From Balamuthia mandrillaris (taxonomy: Eukaryota): a stretch of DNA of 63,499 nt. The stretch covers positions 124,001 to 187,499 of the forward strand of contig JAVKOQ020000085.1 in assembly GCA_031835245.2 (NCBI GenBank), read 5' to 3'. Shown here piece by piece: positions 1 through 12,700 of this stretch. Both the position numbers and the translations under genes were made by a program. A model generated the notes under the pieces. The model worked only from the letters and a program-made list of their open reading frames with translations. It was not told the origin of the DNA and made no database searches. Each line of letters opens with the position of its first letter. Within the stretch, counting starts at the first letter, position 1.

Positions 1-172
1 AGGGAGGCCACGGCGTTCAGCTTCACAAAGTCAGCGTAAAGCTCGGGCGCTGTTGCCAACACGTGTAACTCTTTCAAGGCCTCATCCAGATCTACTTCTG
101 ACTCCATGAACCTGGAAGAGTGAAAGTCAGAGAGAGAGAGAGAGAGAGAGAAGAAAGAAAGGGTGCAAGTGG

Positions 173-209
<37 letters not shown>

Positions 210-568
210 ACAAGAACAAGAAGGGTATGAAGAAAAGGGTGTTGGATCAAAGTACCGTTCAGGTTCTGCAGCGTATTTCACTCTGAGTTCTTGGTTGATG
301 TTGATCTTCTTCTCAAAGGCAACGATGAGCTTACGCAACGCTTGTGGGGATAACGTCTCTACCTAATGGATGAATCGTTTTGAGTATTAGCGATGATTTA
401 GAGACAACAAAGAAAAACGGTCAGGCGTACGGGAGGAGCTTCTTCGAGCAGGCGAGCGATGTCCTCTTCGGTGAGACCACCGTCTCCATGACCATGAGCC
501 ATGTCCTCTCCGTGTTCCTCCTCGCCACCAACTCCAATGGCCTCCTCATACTTTCTTTTGTGGCTCAT
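1..568 (-). CDS. CTNNBL1: Beta-catenin-like protein 1 (PRP19/NTC spliceosome component), 5' part; continues beyond window start
   Basis: Spliced translation MSHKRKYEEA...LRKLIVAFEKKININQELRVKYAAEPERFMDSEVDLDEALKELHVLATAPELY matches the CTNNBL1 N-terminal signature; GT-AG introns. Confidence 0.9.
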
Positions 569-841
569 CTCGCTCTTTCTTGTCTCTTTCTACGTTCATC
601 AATTTCATGACGACGCGATTAATGAATCCGTGACGACATGGGTCATGAAGCCTGTTTGAAGAATGGATCAGTTCAAACTTTGTCCACTGCCCTGACCCGA
701 AATAGAGTGTCTCCCCTCCTGGACAGTCTGGAGAACAACCTGCACTTGCCCATTTCAGGGTGTTTTTTTGCCGCCTTTTTTCGCGGGGAGCGTAAATTCA
801 TTTGTGTGGGAAGACGATACGGCAAGCGGAAGCGAAGTGAG

Positions 842-1631
842 ATGGAAGGAGAACAAGTGTTGGTTCGATGTTTGTCGTCACTCCTATCGCCGGAGCAGCA
901 CTTGCGCAAGGAAGCCGAAGAGGCACTTGACCAACTCGCCACTCAACAAGGTTTTTTTTCCTCGTTTATCGCTGATTTATTTTTTTTTTTTTTTGGGATG
1001 ATGCGCTGATGGGTGAAACTTTGCGGATTTTGGGGTGTTAAAAAAAATAGGGTGTGGAGTTGCTTTGGGAAGAGCCATGCTCAACGCGAACCTGCCGGAG
1101 GCGGTGCGTCAGATGGCCGGCGTGGTGCTCAAGCGCTACGTGAAGACGCACTGGAACGAGCAGGACCACCACTTTGTGGCGCCGGTGGTTTGTCCGGAGG
1201 ACAAGGCCTCCCTCCGGCAGTTGCTCCCACCCGGGCTCAGCGACCCCAACAGCAAGATCAGAACCGTTGTGGTAAACTTTCTCTTCTACAAGCCCTGTTT
1301 TTTACCGTCTTCTTCTCATTCTTCTTTCTTCTTTGTTGTTCTTCTTGTTTCTTTCTTCTTGCTTGTTTCTTCTCTCTTCTCTTTTGCTCGTTCTAACTGC
1401 TCTCTGCTCTCTGCTCTCTCCTCTCTCCTCTCTGCTCTCTCCTCTCTCCTCTCTGCTCTCTCCTCTCTTCCCTCTCTGCTCTCTGCTCTCTGCTCTCTGC
1501 TCTCTGCTCTCTGCTCTCTGCTCTCTGCTCTCTGCTCTCTGCTCTCTGCTCTCTGCTCTCTGCTCTCTGCTCTCTGCTCTCTGCTCTCTGCTCTCTGCTC
1601 TCTGCTCTCTGCTCTCTGCTCTCTGCTCTCT

Positions 1632-1670
<39 letters not shown>

Positions 1671-3503
1671 AGGCAATGGCTCTGGCCTCCATCGCTCAAT
1701 GGGACTGGCCGGAGGAGTGGCCTCGGTTCATAGAAGACCTCATACGCTGCATTGACGACCAGAACAAAGATCTTAGCTCTGGTGCTCTTCGTTGCTTGGA
1801 AATGTTTGCCACTAGCGAAAACTTGAGCGATCAACACCTTCCTGTTCTTCTCCCTCTTCTTCTCCCCGCTTTGTTGCAGCTTTTATCTGGAGTGCGTCTT
1901 TCTTTCTCACGATCCTGTTTCTTCGCCTCTTATCACTGTTAACGGTTTACTCGTTCTCTCTTTGCTGCTCTTCTCTGTTCTTCTTACCTTCACAACTGTA
2001 GACGTACTCAGAGCGTTTCAAGATGAGAGCAGCCACTATTTTGTTTTCGTGCCTGAGATGGTTGGCGGTGGTCAAGGGAGCTCATCCTGAAGCCGCTGAC
2101 GTCTTCAAGGGCTATTTGCCAAAATGGGTGGAACAGTTTCTGCCCATTTTGGCTAAAGAGGACCGCGCAGATGCAGACTGTGGTCTTAAGATAGCAGTAG
2201 TTCAGGTAAACCATTTTTTCTGCCCTTTGTTCACAATGTTCTGGTCAAAAACCCTTTGTTTTCTGTTTCCTCTCCCATTTATCTTTATTTCTTATTATCC
2301 TTATCCTCCTTTTTTTTAGAACTTGGTGTTGCTCGTGAACAAGTTTCCAAAGGAAATAGCCACATTTTTGCCTGCTCTTATTCCTCCGATATGGACTTCT
2401 TTGGTGAAAGGCAGAGAAATGTATGCAGCTAGCTTTCTGTTGTACTTTTCTGTTGTACTCCTATTAATGTTCCACCCACAATGAACAGCTATGATCGATG
2501 CTTTGTAACAGGAGAAGAGGAGACAGTAACGGCACAAGATTCAGATGGAGATATATTGGGTTTCGAAAGTCTGGTGCTTATTCTGTTGGAGCTTGTGCAT
2601 TCTTTGTTGGAGAAATCTGCTTTTCGCAAAGCCCTTTCTTCTGTTGTCCCAGAACTGCTGTACTTGGCCATGCAGTATTTGCAAATAACAACGGAACTGG
2701 TGCGTTTTTTTTTGTTCCTGTTTCGTTTAATGAAAGCTCTAACTATTTTTTAATATTAAAGGAAGATCAATGGGAATCTGATCCTAACGAATATATCGCC
2801 GATGAGGATGACGAGCAACGCCTCTACAATGCTCGCGCTTCTTGTATTCAGCTTATTCAGGTGTGTTTCTCTTCTTTTCTCTTCTCGTAGTCCCCCTTTC
2901 TCTAATCCTTTGTTATATCTGCTGACATTTGCTTTTGTAGGAAGTGCTTCAGGGATTCCGTGCAGAGGGAGCAAAGGGCATGAGCGGTGCTGCTGCTCGT
3001 CGTTTGCAAGAGGCTCACCAAAAGAAAGTTGAGGGAGATCCCAATTGGTTCGTGTTTTTATTTGTCTTGAAGGATGAACTGTTTTCTCATAAGAAATCAT
3101 CAGGTGGAAGATCCGAGAGGCAGTGGTGTATGCTATTGGCTCTGTTGCCGGTCATCTCGCTGAACATTCCTCCGTTTTTGATATGGGAACATTCATAAGA
3201 GCCATTCTCTTGGAGGACATCAAAATGGATGGTAGGATTCTCCCCTTTCCTTACTGTTCTTTTTTTCCTTTTTTTTTTTTAAACGATACGTTTAAACTGC
3301 ACAGCAAATCCTTTTCTTAGAGGGCGAGCGTTATGGTGTGCAAGCCAATTGACACAAGTAACATCATCGGAACAAGCGCTGGCCTTTGTAGAGGGAGCTG
3401 TCGCTACTCTACAAAAACAAGATGAGGGATTGCCAGTGAAAATATGTGCTTGTCGAGCACTTGCTGCGTATGCTCTCTCGCTCTCTGCTCTCGAGCGCGC
3501 GCG

Positions 3504-3534
<31 letters not shown>

Positions 3535-4144
3535 GTTTCGCTATCGTCTCTCTTTCTCTTTTCTCTTATATTCTTTTCGGCGTTTCTGATTCTTGTTATT
3601 GAGAGTGCTGACATTTTTTTTAACTTTGTTGTATTTGTCTCTTTTGTTTCTAAAGTTATTGTCCACGTTTGGGCAGCGATCTGACTGCGCAAGTCATACC
3701 TGCTTGTATCAATGGACTCGTCGCTCTGCTTTCGGAATCGTCGGAAGAGACTTTGCACCTTGTTTTGGAGACTGTTCTATTCATCATTAAGGTATTCCTC
3801 TTAAGCTATGCTTTTTTCGTCTTTCTTTTGTAACCTTTCTCTTTCTTCATGCAGACCAATGCAGAGGCCTGCGCTCCTCACGGCGAGTTCCTTTGTGATT
3901 CGCTCATGAACATATGGTCTTCTCACAACAACGACCCATTGATAACCCAAGACGTCAAAGACAACTTCTTCTTCCTTGCCAAGGTTCCACGGTGTCATGC
4001 CATAATGCAAGCTCGGCTTCTTCCAGTCTTGTTGCAGATTTTGAAGTCAGACAACTCTTCTGATGAAGCCAAACTCTCTGGTGTCAAACAGGTACGAATG
4101 ACCTACAACAAATGTTGTTGCTTAATGTTGTACTTCTTTTCTAA

Positions 4145-4187
<43 letters not shown>

Positions 4188-5894
4188 TCGCTTCCATTTT
4201 TTAAAAAATAAGGCGGCATTGGACATGTTATGTGTCATTATAAATGGATGCGATGACTCATCCATAGGAACTTTGCTGGATCACGCCTTTCCAGTCGTTA
4301 TATCTCTTATGCTTACCACCGATGACAACAGTTTGATGAACTCGGGAACCACTTGTTGCACTGCTTTTGTCCGTACCGCGCCCGAGAAATTGGTTCAATG
4401 GTAAGTGTTTAATATTCATATATACTCGTTTCGACTGGCTCATGTGGTATCTCTTACTGTATCTTTCTTGGCTGTTCCTTTTTTTTTTTGTGGTAACAGG
4501 TCACAGGGTGAGTTGACGGGGCTGAATGGAATTGTTAGGGTAATCGCTCGGCTATTACATCCGTCCGTGGAAGATATTGCTGCTATTTATGTTGGTCCTC
4601 TCGTCACAAAACTTATCAATAAGGTTTTTCTCCTCTTCTCTTCTTTCTTTTTATTGCAGTACCTAACCATAAGCTCTCCTATCTAAAAGCTTTCAAGTCA
4701 TATTGAAGGAAGCGTTATGAGAGACATTCTTCAAGCAGTAGTTGGTCGTATGCAAACAGCCAAGTTAACAGGCTTGTTCCAGGCTCTTTTGCTCGTCTTT
4801 GCTCGCTTGATCAACTCCACCGATGTCAAGTCAGTCCTCGAGCTGCTCCTCCAGTTGCAAGTCCAACTGCTCTCTGATGCTTCCTCTTCTGCCTCTACCA
4901 CTCAACCCGCCTTGCACTATGTCCTGCGACAGTGGGTCCAACACCAAGAAGACTTTCATGGTTCCCTTAACATCAAGGCTAGGTACACTGTTTTCTCTTT
5001 GGTTGCTGTTTTTATTTCGTTCATTTTTTTTGCATTCTTCCTCTTCTTGTTCTTCCCTCTAATGGCTACATAAATATTTCAAGTGTTGTGGCTCTGAGCA
5101 AGTTGTTGCAGCTCAACGACGAGCAGTTGTTATCACTGCCGGTGCCTGGAGAGCTCATCCAAACAACAACGGAGAGACAAACACGAGCTAAGACCAAAAA
5201 CTCTGGAGCTAATATTGGTAATTTGTGTTCTGAACTTTATTACCAACTTTCTTTTTCACATTACTTCGAATCCTCAAACAAAAAACAATAGCACAAAGAC
5301 AAGAAGTTCCACTGGGCTGTCGGCTTTTGGAGCTGTTGGTAACTGAGTTACAAATCTTTAGCGAAGTGGAGGCCATCCAGGAAGAAGAGGTACTTATTTC
5401 TTTTCATTCTTTCTTTTTTAGTATTTGTTTTAAAGAAAAAGCCACCAACCCAAAATACCCACAACAAATAGGATGAAGATGCTGAAGACTCGGATGGAGG
5501 AGATGACTTTGGAGAAGACTTGAACGCCATCTTGGGACTGCCTCCCGGCGGCGCTGGCGGTGATGATCAGTTCCATAGAGCGTACGGCACATTCCTGGAC
5601 GAGCTGCTGGATGACGCTTTGGATGAGGAAGAGATGGAAGATCCTGATGCTCCCAACGATCCCTTGTTCGAATTGGATCTCAAGGTACATTCAGTTCCTC
5701 TTTTTTTTCGTTAAACAAGAGGGCTAACAAAAAAGTATCACCGTTCAAAAAAACAGGAATATCTTACAAAGTATTTGGTAGAGTTTGCAAGCCAGCAGCC
5801 CGCTATCATGAATGCGCTTGCTCAGAAGATACAACCTCTCCAGGCAAACTTTTTGCGAGCCCTTTTGACAAAACACAACGTCATACCCAAGTAA
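842..5894 (+). CDS. IPO9: Importin-9 (karyopherin beta family), multi-exon
   Basis: IBN_N start (RKEAEEAL..., RQMAGVVLKRYVKTHW), IAQWDWPEEWP, DPNEYIADEDD, PFLRGRALW, acidic C-terminal tail; exons join in frame through GT-AG introns. Confidence 0.9.
1398..1667 (+). repeat. Intronic (TCTCTGC)n heptamer array followed by (CT)n
   Basis: 7-nt periodicity visible directly inside importin-9 intron 2. Confidence 0.95.
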
Positions 5895-6152
5895 ACTTAA
5901 ATTATTTTTGACAAAACAACATTGAACGCAACCCTTCTCCTCTGTTCTCTTCTCACCTTTCTCCTTTTCATCTTCTCTGCTTTTCTCCCTCTCTCTTCTC
6001 TTCTCTCCTGTCCTTAATGCCCATTACTCTCTTCTCTACACACGTCATCATGTCGACATCGTAACTTTCTTGAATATACGTCATTAATTCGTTTAAAGGG
6101 CTGGTATGACGTCACCAGAAGGAAGAAAGCGAAACATAGAAAAACAAGGCAG

Positions 6153-6876
6153 ATGGCAGGCCTCGGCAGCGGCAGGGTTCCTCTTTGGACGTGGCGAACG
6201 CGCGCTACTACCTCGCTGCGGCCGTATGGCGCCAACCGCGCTGTCTCCGCTTGGAGTCCGTTTTCATCAACAGCGCAGCGGAGAGCGCTCCTTTTGCTGC
6301 GGAGTAAGCGGCAGAGCAGCTTCATCCGAGGGAGGAACGCTGCGGGTGGACGACAGCCCTGCCATGCATTTAGCACTAGCGCTGCGGAGACTCCTGGAGA
6401 AGCTGATCCTGCGGACATGAGCGACGAACCGGTTGAATTTACGACACTCGATAGGGCTTCCTTTGCCCAGATGCAACAGAAAGGTCGGGTCCCTCCTCTT
6501 CTCTGCTCCCCTTGGTCTCACCTCTCTTCTATGTTTGTTGTCATCTCTGCTTCTCTTGCCATTCGTTTGCCTTATTCTCAAGTTCCTGATTTTTTTAAAA
6601 AAAATACAGGGGGCTGTATTTTGGTGGAAGCTTCGCAACGCGGAGAACGAGGGCTGTGGAAAGTGGTTGGGCCTTTAGGCACCGTTCCATTCAAATGGAC
6701 GGTAACGGGCTATCAACGGAGCGATCTACGCCTCTCTGTGAATCAAATGTCGTTCCTGCATCACTACCAGCATGGAAACCTTAGTGCCGAAGAACTAGAA
6801 CGTATTATTCATAAGAGCGAACAACTGGTTGCTCGGCTGTCGCCACAGGTTTGTCTTACTGCTTAGATTCTCTTCT

Positions 6877-6908
<32 letters not shown>

Positions 6909-9590
6909 CCACACCCGTGTAGTCTTTCCTTTGGTTGATGTTTTTCTTGTGGCCCATTTTTAAAATGTGATAGAAAGTAAAAGGGCTATGGCAACAATTG
7001 AGCAGTGAAGAAGGGGTAAACCAACCTATAAACTTGTCAAAGGTGGTTCAATTTCTTCAACGAGAAGCTTCTTCTCCGTCTGTCTCCACAATTCATCCCT
7101 CATCAACGTCTTCCTCTTCCTCTTCTCCCAACGTGTTCTCAACTTCCAAACAGAGCGCAATGCTTGTTCAATTGCTCCATGCATTTCACTCCGGTAAAGA
7201 CAATGTCCATGCCTATAATAAGAAAATGGGCGCAAGCATCAGCGGCGATAATGAACACACGATAAACCAGACGGTATGGATGCACGCGGCCCATCGGCTG
7301 CTTTACGAGTCGCCTCAATACTTTGCAAGGAAGCACACTTGCTTCTATGTTCTCTCTAAGGAGGAGAATGAACGCATGGAAGCCCAGCTTCGACTGCTAG
7401 ACCTCGACGACAAGGAACATGTGCTGTTCCTGTTGCGACTACACGAAAAGATTTCACGTGCCAACAAAAACGGTATCTCTACGCCCAGCAACAGATTAGC
7501 ACAGCGACTACAACAGCAACAAACCACGATCAAACAAAAAATGAATAATCTTCCAGTGCTATTGCGGAGGTTGGCTCGAAAGAAGTTAGGCGAGGAGGAA
7601 TTTCATGCTGTTTTGCGCTCCTCCATCCCGACCGCCAAGAACGAAGGAGATGGTGGTGACAGTAGTGATGACTGGGAGGAACAAATATGGAAAAAACACG
7701 TACTAGACGAAGACTCAACCGGATATCCTCGTCTGATGTTACTAAAGCAGTATGCTACCAACGACCCCATGCACGAGGAAAGTACCATTGCTCGCTCCGT
7801 GTTCGTACCGTTGAATAGTCGTGCGCTTTCCTTTGATGCCTTTGACATGCTGGTCCGGGCGAATGTACTCCTTCCATTCGATAATCCGCATCACTTGGCA
7901 TATGCAGCACGAAACGGGTTGCTCAGCTCTGACCATCCGTTGTATAGGAAGCCGTCGGTATCAACCATACCTGCTGCTCCTGCGACCATCAATGCTGCAG
8001 CTGCAAGACCGCTTCCACCTCTGCCCATGTTGCCAATAACTGCGAGTGGATGGATGGAACAATCAATTTGGGCTCGCCATGACATGCGCCACCACACCGT
8101 GTTTACCATTGACAGCGCTTCTACGAAAGAGGTAGACGATGGCATAAGCATTGATCCAAGGGTATGCTTCACTCTATTCTCAGGAGAGCGCTCTCCTATG
8201 TAGCTAACATATTTTGCCATTACAGAAAGGACCATTAGGAGAACGGTGGATCTACGTTCATATCGCTGACCCGACCAGCGACATTCATGTACACAGTGAA
8301 ATTGATGTAGACATCAGGAAACGAGCTACCTCCATCTATCTTCCTGAAACAACTATCCCAATGATGAGTCCTTCTCACTACGGTAGATACAGTCTTGAGG
8401 CGAATCAAGAGACTAACGCCCTTACGTTTGCCGCTGAACTGTCAGCAGATGGCGAACTATTGCGATACGAGATCTTTCCATCAACTATTTCTAAGGTTGA
8501 TTCCTCAATGACACCCTTACTTCATATTTCCGCTGCTTCCCTTTACGAATATGCAGCCAAACTAACGATGAACTACTATAGGTTCAGAAATTGACGTACG
8601 AGCATTTGGATGACATACTACGGCATAATGGGGATAGATGCAAGGTGCCTCATGACTTGGCTGAAGAGGATGTTCGTAGCCTGCTGGAGCTGAACCAATT
8701 GGCGGCCACTAGAAGTGAATACAGACGCAGGCAAGGGTCTTTTTCTTCTCATCTGCCAAAACCGTCGATTAAGCTGGAAGAAGGCCCAAACGGCAAAATC
8801 CACATTCATGTTTCTGTTGAATCCGGAACCACCGCTGCACAAGGTATCTATCTCCACCTGTAATGCTCATCATCTACAACATTCTCAACAAGATATCTTT
8901 CTTTTCTGCTATGCAGAATTGGTAGCTGAAATGATGATACTCGCTAACAATTTGGCAGCCAAGTTTGCCATGGATAAAGGCATTGCCGTTCCCTTTCGCT
9001 CTCAACTTCCGCCGAGAGGGATGGATCATGAATTGTTGGCAAGTATTGAGGCTAAGGGCTTGCCCAGCCTCATAAAGAACATGGAAATGATAAAATACAT
9101 GTCCCCAGCGAGGATCGCGGTTGCGCCAGCGCCTCATTATGCGCTCGGGTTGGACGCTTACCTAATGGTGACTTCACCTATACGGCGGTATGTGGACGTG
9201 TTGGCGCATTACCAGCTCAAGTCCTATCTAGCCACGAAGGACGTGCCATTCAAGCATGAGGAGATGGCCTCACTACTTCCGGCTATAGAGGATACCATGA
9301 ATCAGGTCAAGAACATCAGCCGCGCTTCCGAAAGGTATTGGGTATTTCACTTTCTTCAACAGAAGCTGGAAGAAAACCCGGCATGGGTGTTGGAAGGGAT
9401 GGTATTGGGGGTGGATGCTCCCCCCAGTCCCCTTTATCCGTTCTACCTTGTAAGGATAATGCTGCGCCACATTGGCATTTCCTGTTCCACTGCATTACCT
9501 AGTGAGCCTCAAGTGGGAGAAGTAATAAGGCTGCGGATAAAGGATATAAATCCGTACAAACTCTCTCTTAGCCTGCGCGAAACCTTCTAG
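6153..9590 (+). CDS. RNase II/RNB-domain 3'-5' exoribonuclease, probably mitochondrial (Dss1-like)
   Basis: RNB motifs FTIDSASTKEVDDGISI, YVHIADP, RATSIYLP, LVAEMMILAN, HYALGLDAY, TSPIRRYVD; Arg/Ser/Leu-rich N-terminus resembles a mitochondrial presequence. Confidence 0.85.
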
Positions 9591-9731
9591 GGGGTACGCT
9601 CTTCCAAGTGGATTTTGTTTTGTTTTTTGCTTTGGGGGTTATTTTTTAAACTGAAGTAACTAAATTAACGTACATTTAAGATTAAGCAATAGAATGTACA
9701 TCGAGCATCATCCAAATGTACTCTACTCTCT

Positions 9732-12700
9732 TTACAACGTTCTTGTGTTGGCGCAACGCACCGCAGCGAGCTCTTGCTGTAGTTGGGAGATCTCCTCTGC
9801 TTGGCGCTTGTTCTGCTGTTGTAGATCAGGTAGAAGCATGCTTAATACCTCCTCTCGCAACTTTGCATCCCCTAGTAATGCTTTTTGTTCAAAAGAAGAC
9901 TCTTCTTCAGCAACACAAAATTAAAAAAAACAGAACCCGATAAATACCTTTTAGCACAGTGTCACGCTGTTGAAGAGATGATTCGTTGGCATTACCAGAC
10001 CGTTGGCCGTCCGCTGTTGGCTCTTGTGGAAAGTGGCCGGCAGCGGTGCTCAGTCGTGTAGATCGTCCGACGCGAGATGCGACGGGGGGCGGCGCGTTTA
10101 GTTTACTTGTGGCGTGATTGGCGCTAAAGCGGGATTCAATGTTGGCTCTGCTGTTCGTAGTAACGGAACAGAAATAGTCCTGTATGACGGGCGAGGGTGT
10201 AATGACACCGGTGTAGGAGGAGCGTTGAAACTGTTGTATCTCAAGCACGATGGAAGCAATGGCTTGCCGCTTTTCGAAATTGATAAGCAATGCGCCGGTC
10301 AAAGAGGGTTGCTCCACATCAATACGCTGTAATTCATCGAGATAGAGTGCTGCGTTTGGAATAAGAGATTCAGGTCAGAGGGACTTCGAGTCTGAAGAAT
10401 TCTTCTTGTGGCTTACCAAGGTTTGGAACGCAGGGTGGTATCATGGCTTTCATTTCCTCCCGGTGCTTGGAGGGGTCTTTCTCCCATCTTTGAAAAATTG
10501 CCTTAAGGTTTTCGAAGATTTCGGCAGACTGGCCAGACATCCCCTGTTTCGGCATTATGGTCAGAATCAGCACTGCTCGATAGAAGGGAGTAAAGACATT
10601 GCACTCACCTCCCATGCAGCATTCATGCTCTTTATCGTAGGTGATGTGAGACCGTTTATCAGTTCAGCCACGGCGTTGTAGTTCTTTAAGCCAACACTTT
10701 TCTGCAATAGCGTGAGGATGTTAACGGATGTGCAAACTGAGAAAATGAACGAACCTCAGCTATGTTCAGAAAAAGTTCCAGAAGAGCTGTTCTATTTTGG
10801 ACATTGGTAGTATTTAGAAGTTCGTTTTGAACCCACTGAGATACCTACGTAAGGGAAGCATGTTATAATCCAGTCAGTGAGAAGACAATGTGAGAGTTGT
10901 CCGTACTCGACAGCGGTGCTGCAAAAATAAGGAAATGTTTGGAGCGTTACTTGGCTTGCCGCCACTTTGACGAAGGCAGTCTTCTGACTGACTCCATCCC
11001 AAAGTTAAAAACTCACATGGTTGTATGGCTTGCAACAGAGCGTGCTCCACGATTGCGAGTTGGGCAGCTACCTCATCTGCTGACAGCGAGAGAATGGAGG
11101 TGACGGTGCCCCCATTCACTCCATTGCTGCTGCGTTTAAGCTGTCCTTCAAATAGCCTTCCTGAAATAATGCCAACGCCGGATAGCTTAATGGTATCGCT
11201 GCCCATACTGTTCATTGGATCCACCGCCTCCAATAATCTCTGTTTAAGACCTGATGCCGCTTTCTGCATGCCATCAACTGCTTTCAGCTCGTCCGTGAAG
11301 CTAAGCATCTGTTGCACCAAAGAATGGTCATCTGACTCGTGCCAGTACTTTATCGTCCAAGTTTTGAGTACGTTAAACACTCTATTAAAGGAGGTTAAAC
11401 AAATACGTTTTAAATAAAATGGAGCCGTAGAAAGTTTACGCACCGCAGCTGCACTGGAAGCAGTACATTCGTTTTCCATTTTTCCAGAGTCTCAGGAGAT
11501 ATGCTCTTAGGATGAGGCTGCCGAAAACTGGAGAAAGCAACGGTCAGGAAGACAGAGCAAAAGGAAAAACGGAGGGCATTTACCGCATAACCAACAAATC
11601 GAATAATTCCCTTGCTGTCGTGAAGGTCCGATACGTTAGCAAAAAGGCGGTAAGAAAGTTCGTATCTGGAGAAAACGAGAAAAAAAATAAACGTATTAGA
11701 GAGAACTGTAAGTTGGGCACAAGTGTGAAAAACGCAACCTGGATATTTAGCATAAGTCAATCTTTCAACCAGCTTTTCAAGGGTACCGGCTTTGATGACA
11801 GGCCGGTTGGTCGCTGTCTCCTCTAACACTATGTTCTTGCCTGGTTCATCTTTTGCGTAAAAGCGATAGCCATCTTGATGTTCCAACTCAAGGTTGTCAA
11901 AATTGTGGCCGAGTAGGTCGTTCGACGAGGATGAAGAACAAGCAGTTGCTGATGGGGAAGCAGGTGCAGGAGAATGGTCTCCATGGTGGCCGGGGTCTTC
12001 CCGGTGTTTCAAAAAGCTCTTCACATCTTTCTTGGACTCTTCAGACTTTAACTTTTTCTTGTACCTGGCTTTAGATTCTCTGAGTTGTTTACTGGTTAGT
12101 TTGGAGGAGGCGCCACGTGGGATGATAGCTAAGCTGCGATTATAGGCCTCGTCTGAAGACATCTGTCGTAGATTCTGCAAGAAGTCTTGAATGAAGGTCA
12201 CGCAGGCAAAGTTGTAGGGCGTCTGTTGGTACTGTTGAATCTCACGGATGACGCTTGCCACTTTTCTTCTCTTTACAAAGTTGACGAGGGATGTCCCCGG
12301 TATGAGGTCCTGGTTACCATCTTCGATGAAGGTCAGGTCCGTCAAGTACACGCCCAGGTAGGGAATGCAAGGCGGGTCCACCGTATGCAAATGTGCTCTA
12401 AAGTTTTGATAGTTTCTCTCTCGGGACATGAGCTCGTGGAGGGATTCGAAGAGTTCGTGAGTGCGGGTGGGGAGTGCTGCCCACGTAGTCTTTAGTCGAT
12501 AGATGCTGCTGTTGGTTAGCCCTGAAATTATTTCCATACACGCGTTGAAGTTATTGATCTGCTTACATTCCTATTTACATGGAAAAAACGTTGAATATCG
12601 CGGTTAGCTTTTGCATGCTCTTGGTGCAGAGACCGAAAGAGAGACTCTACGTTTGCAAGTTCAATAAACCGTTTTAGCACGTTTACGCGGTTCGTTTCGT

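Noticed and set aside
1302..1837. ORFs with AESREQR / LLSALCS repeats (also 34521-34991)
   Set aside because: Translations of the intronic (TCTCTGC)n array, not proteins
3494..3508. (GC)n run beside (CT)n as a Z-DNA element (also ~17374)
   Set aside because: Short, intronic and explained by microsatellite slippage; no evidence of function
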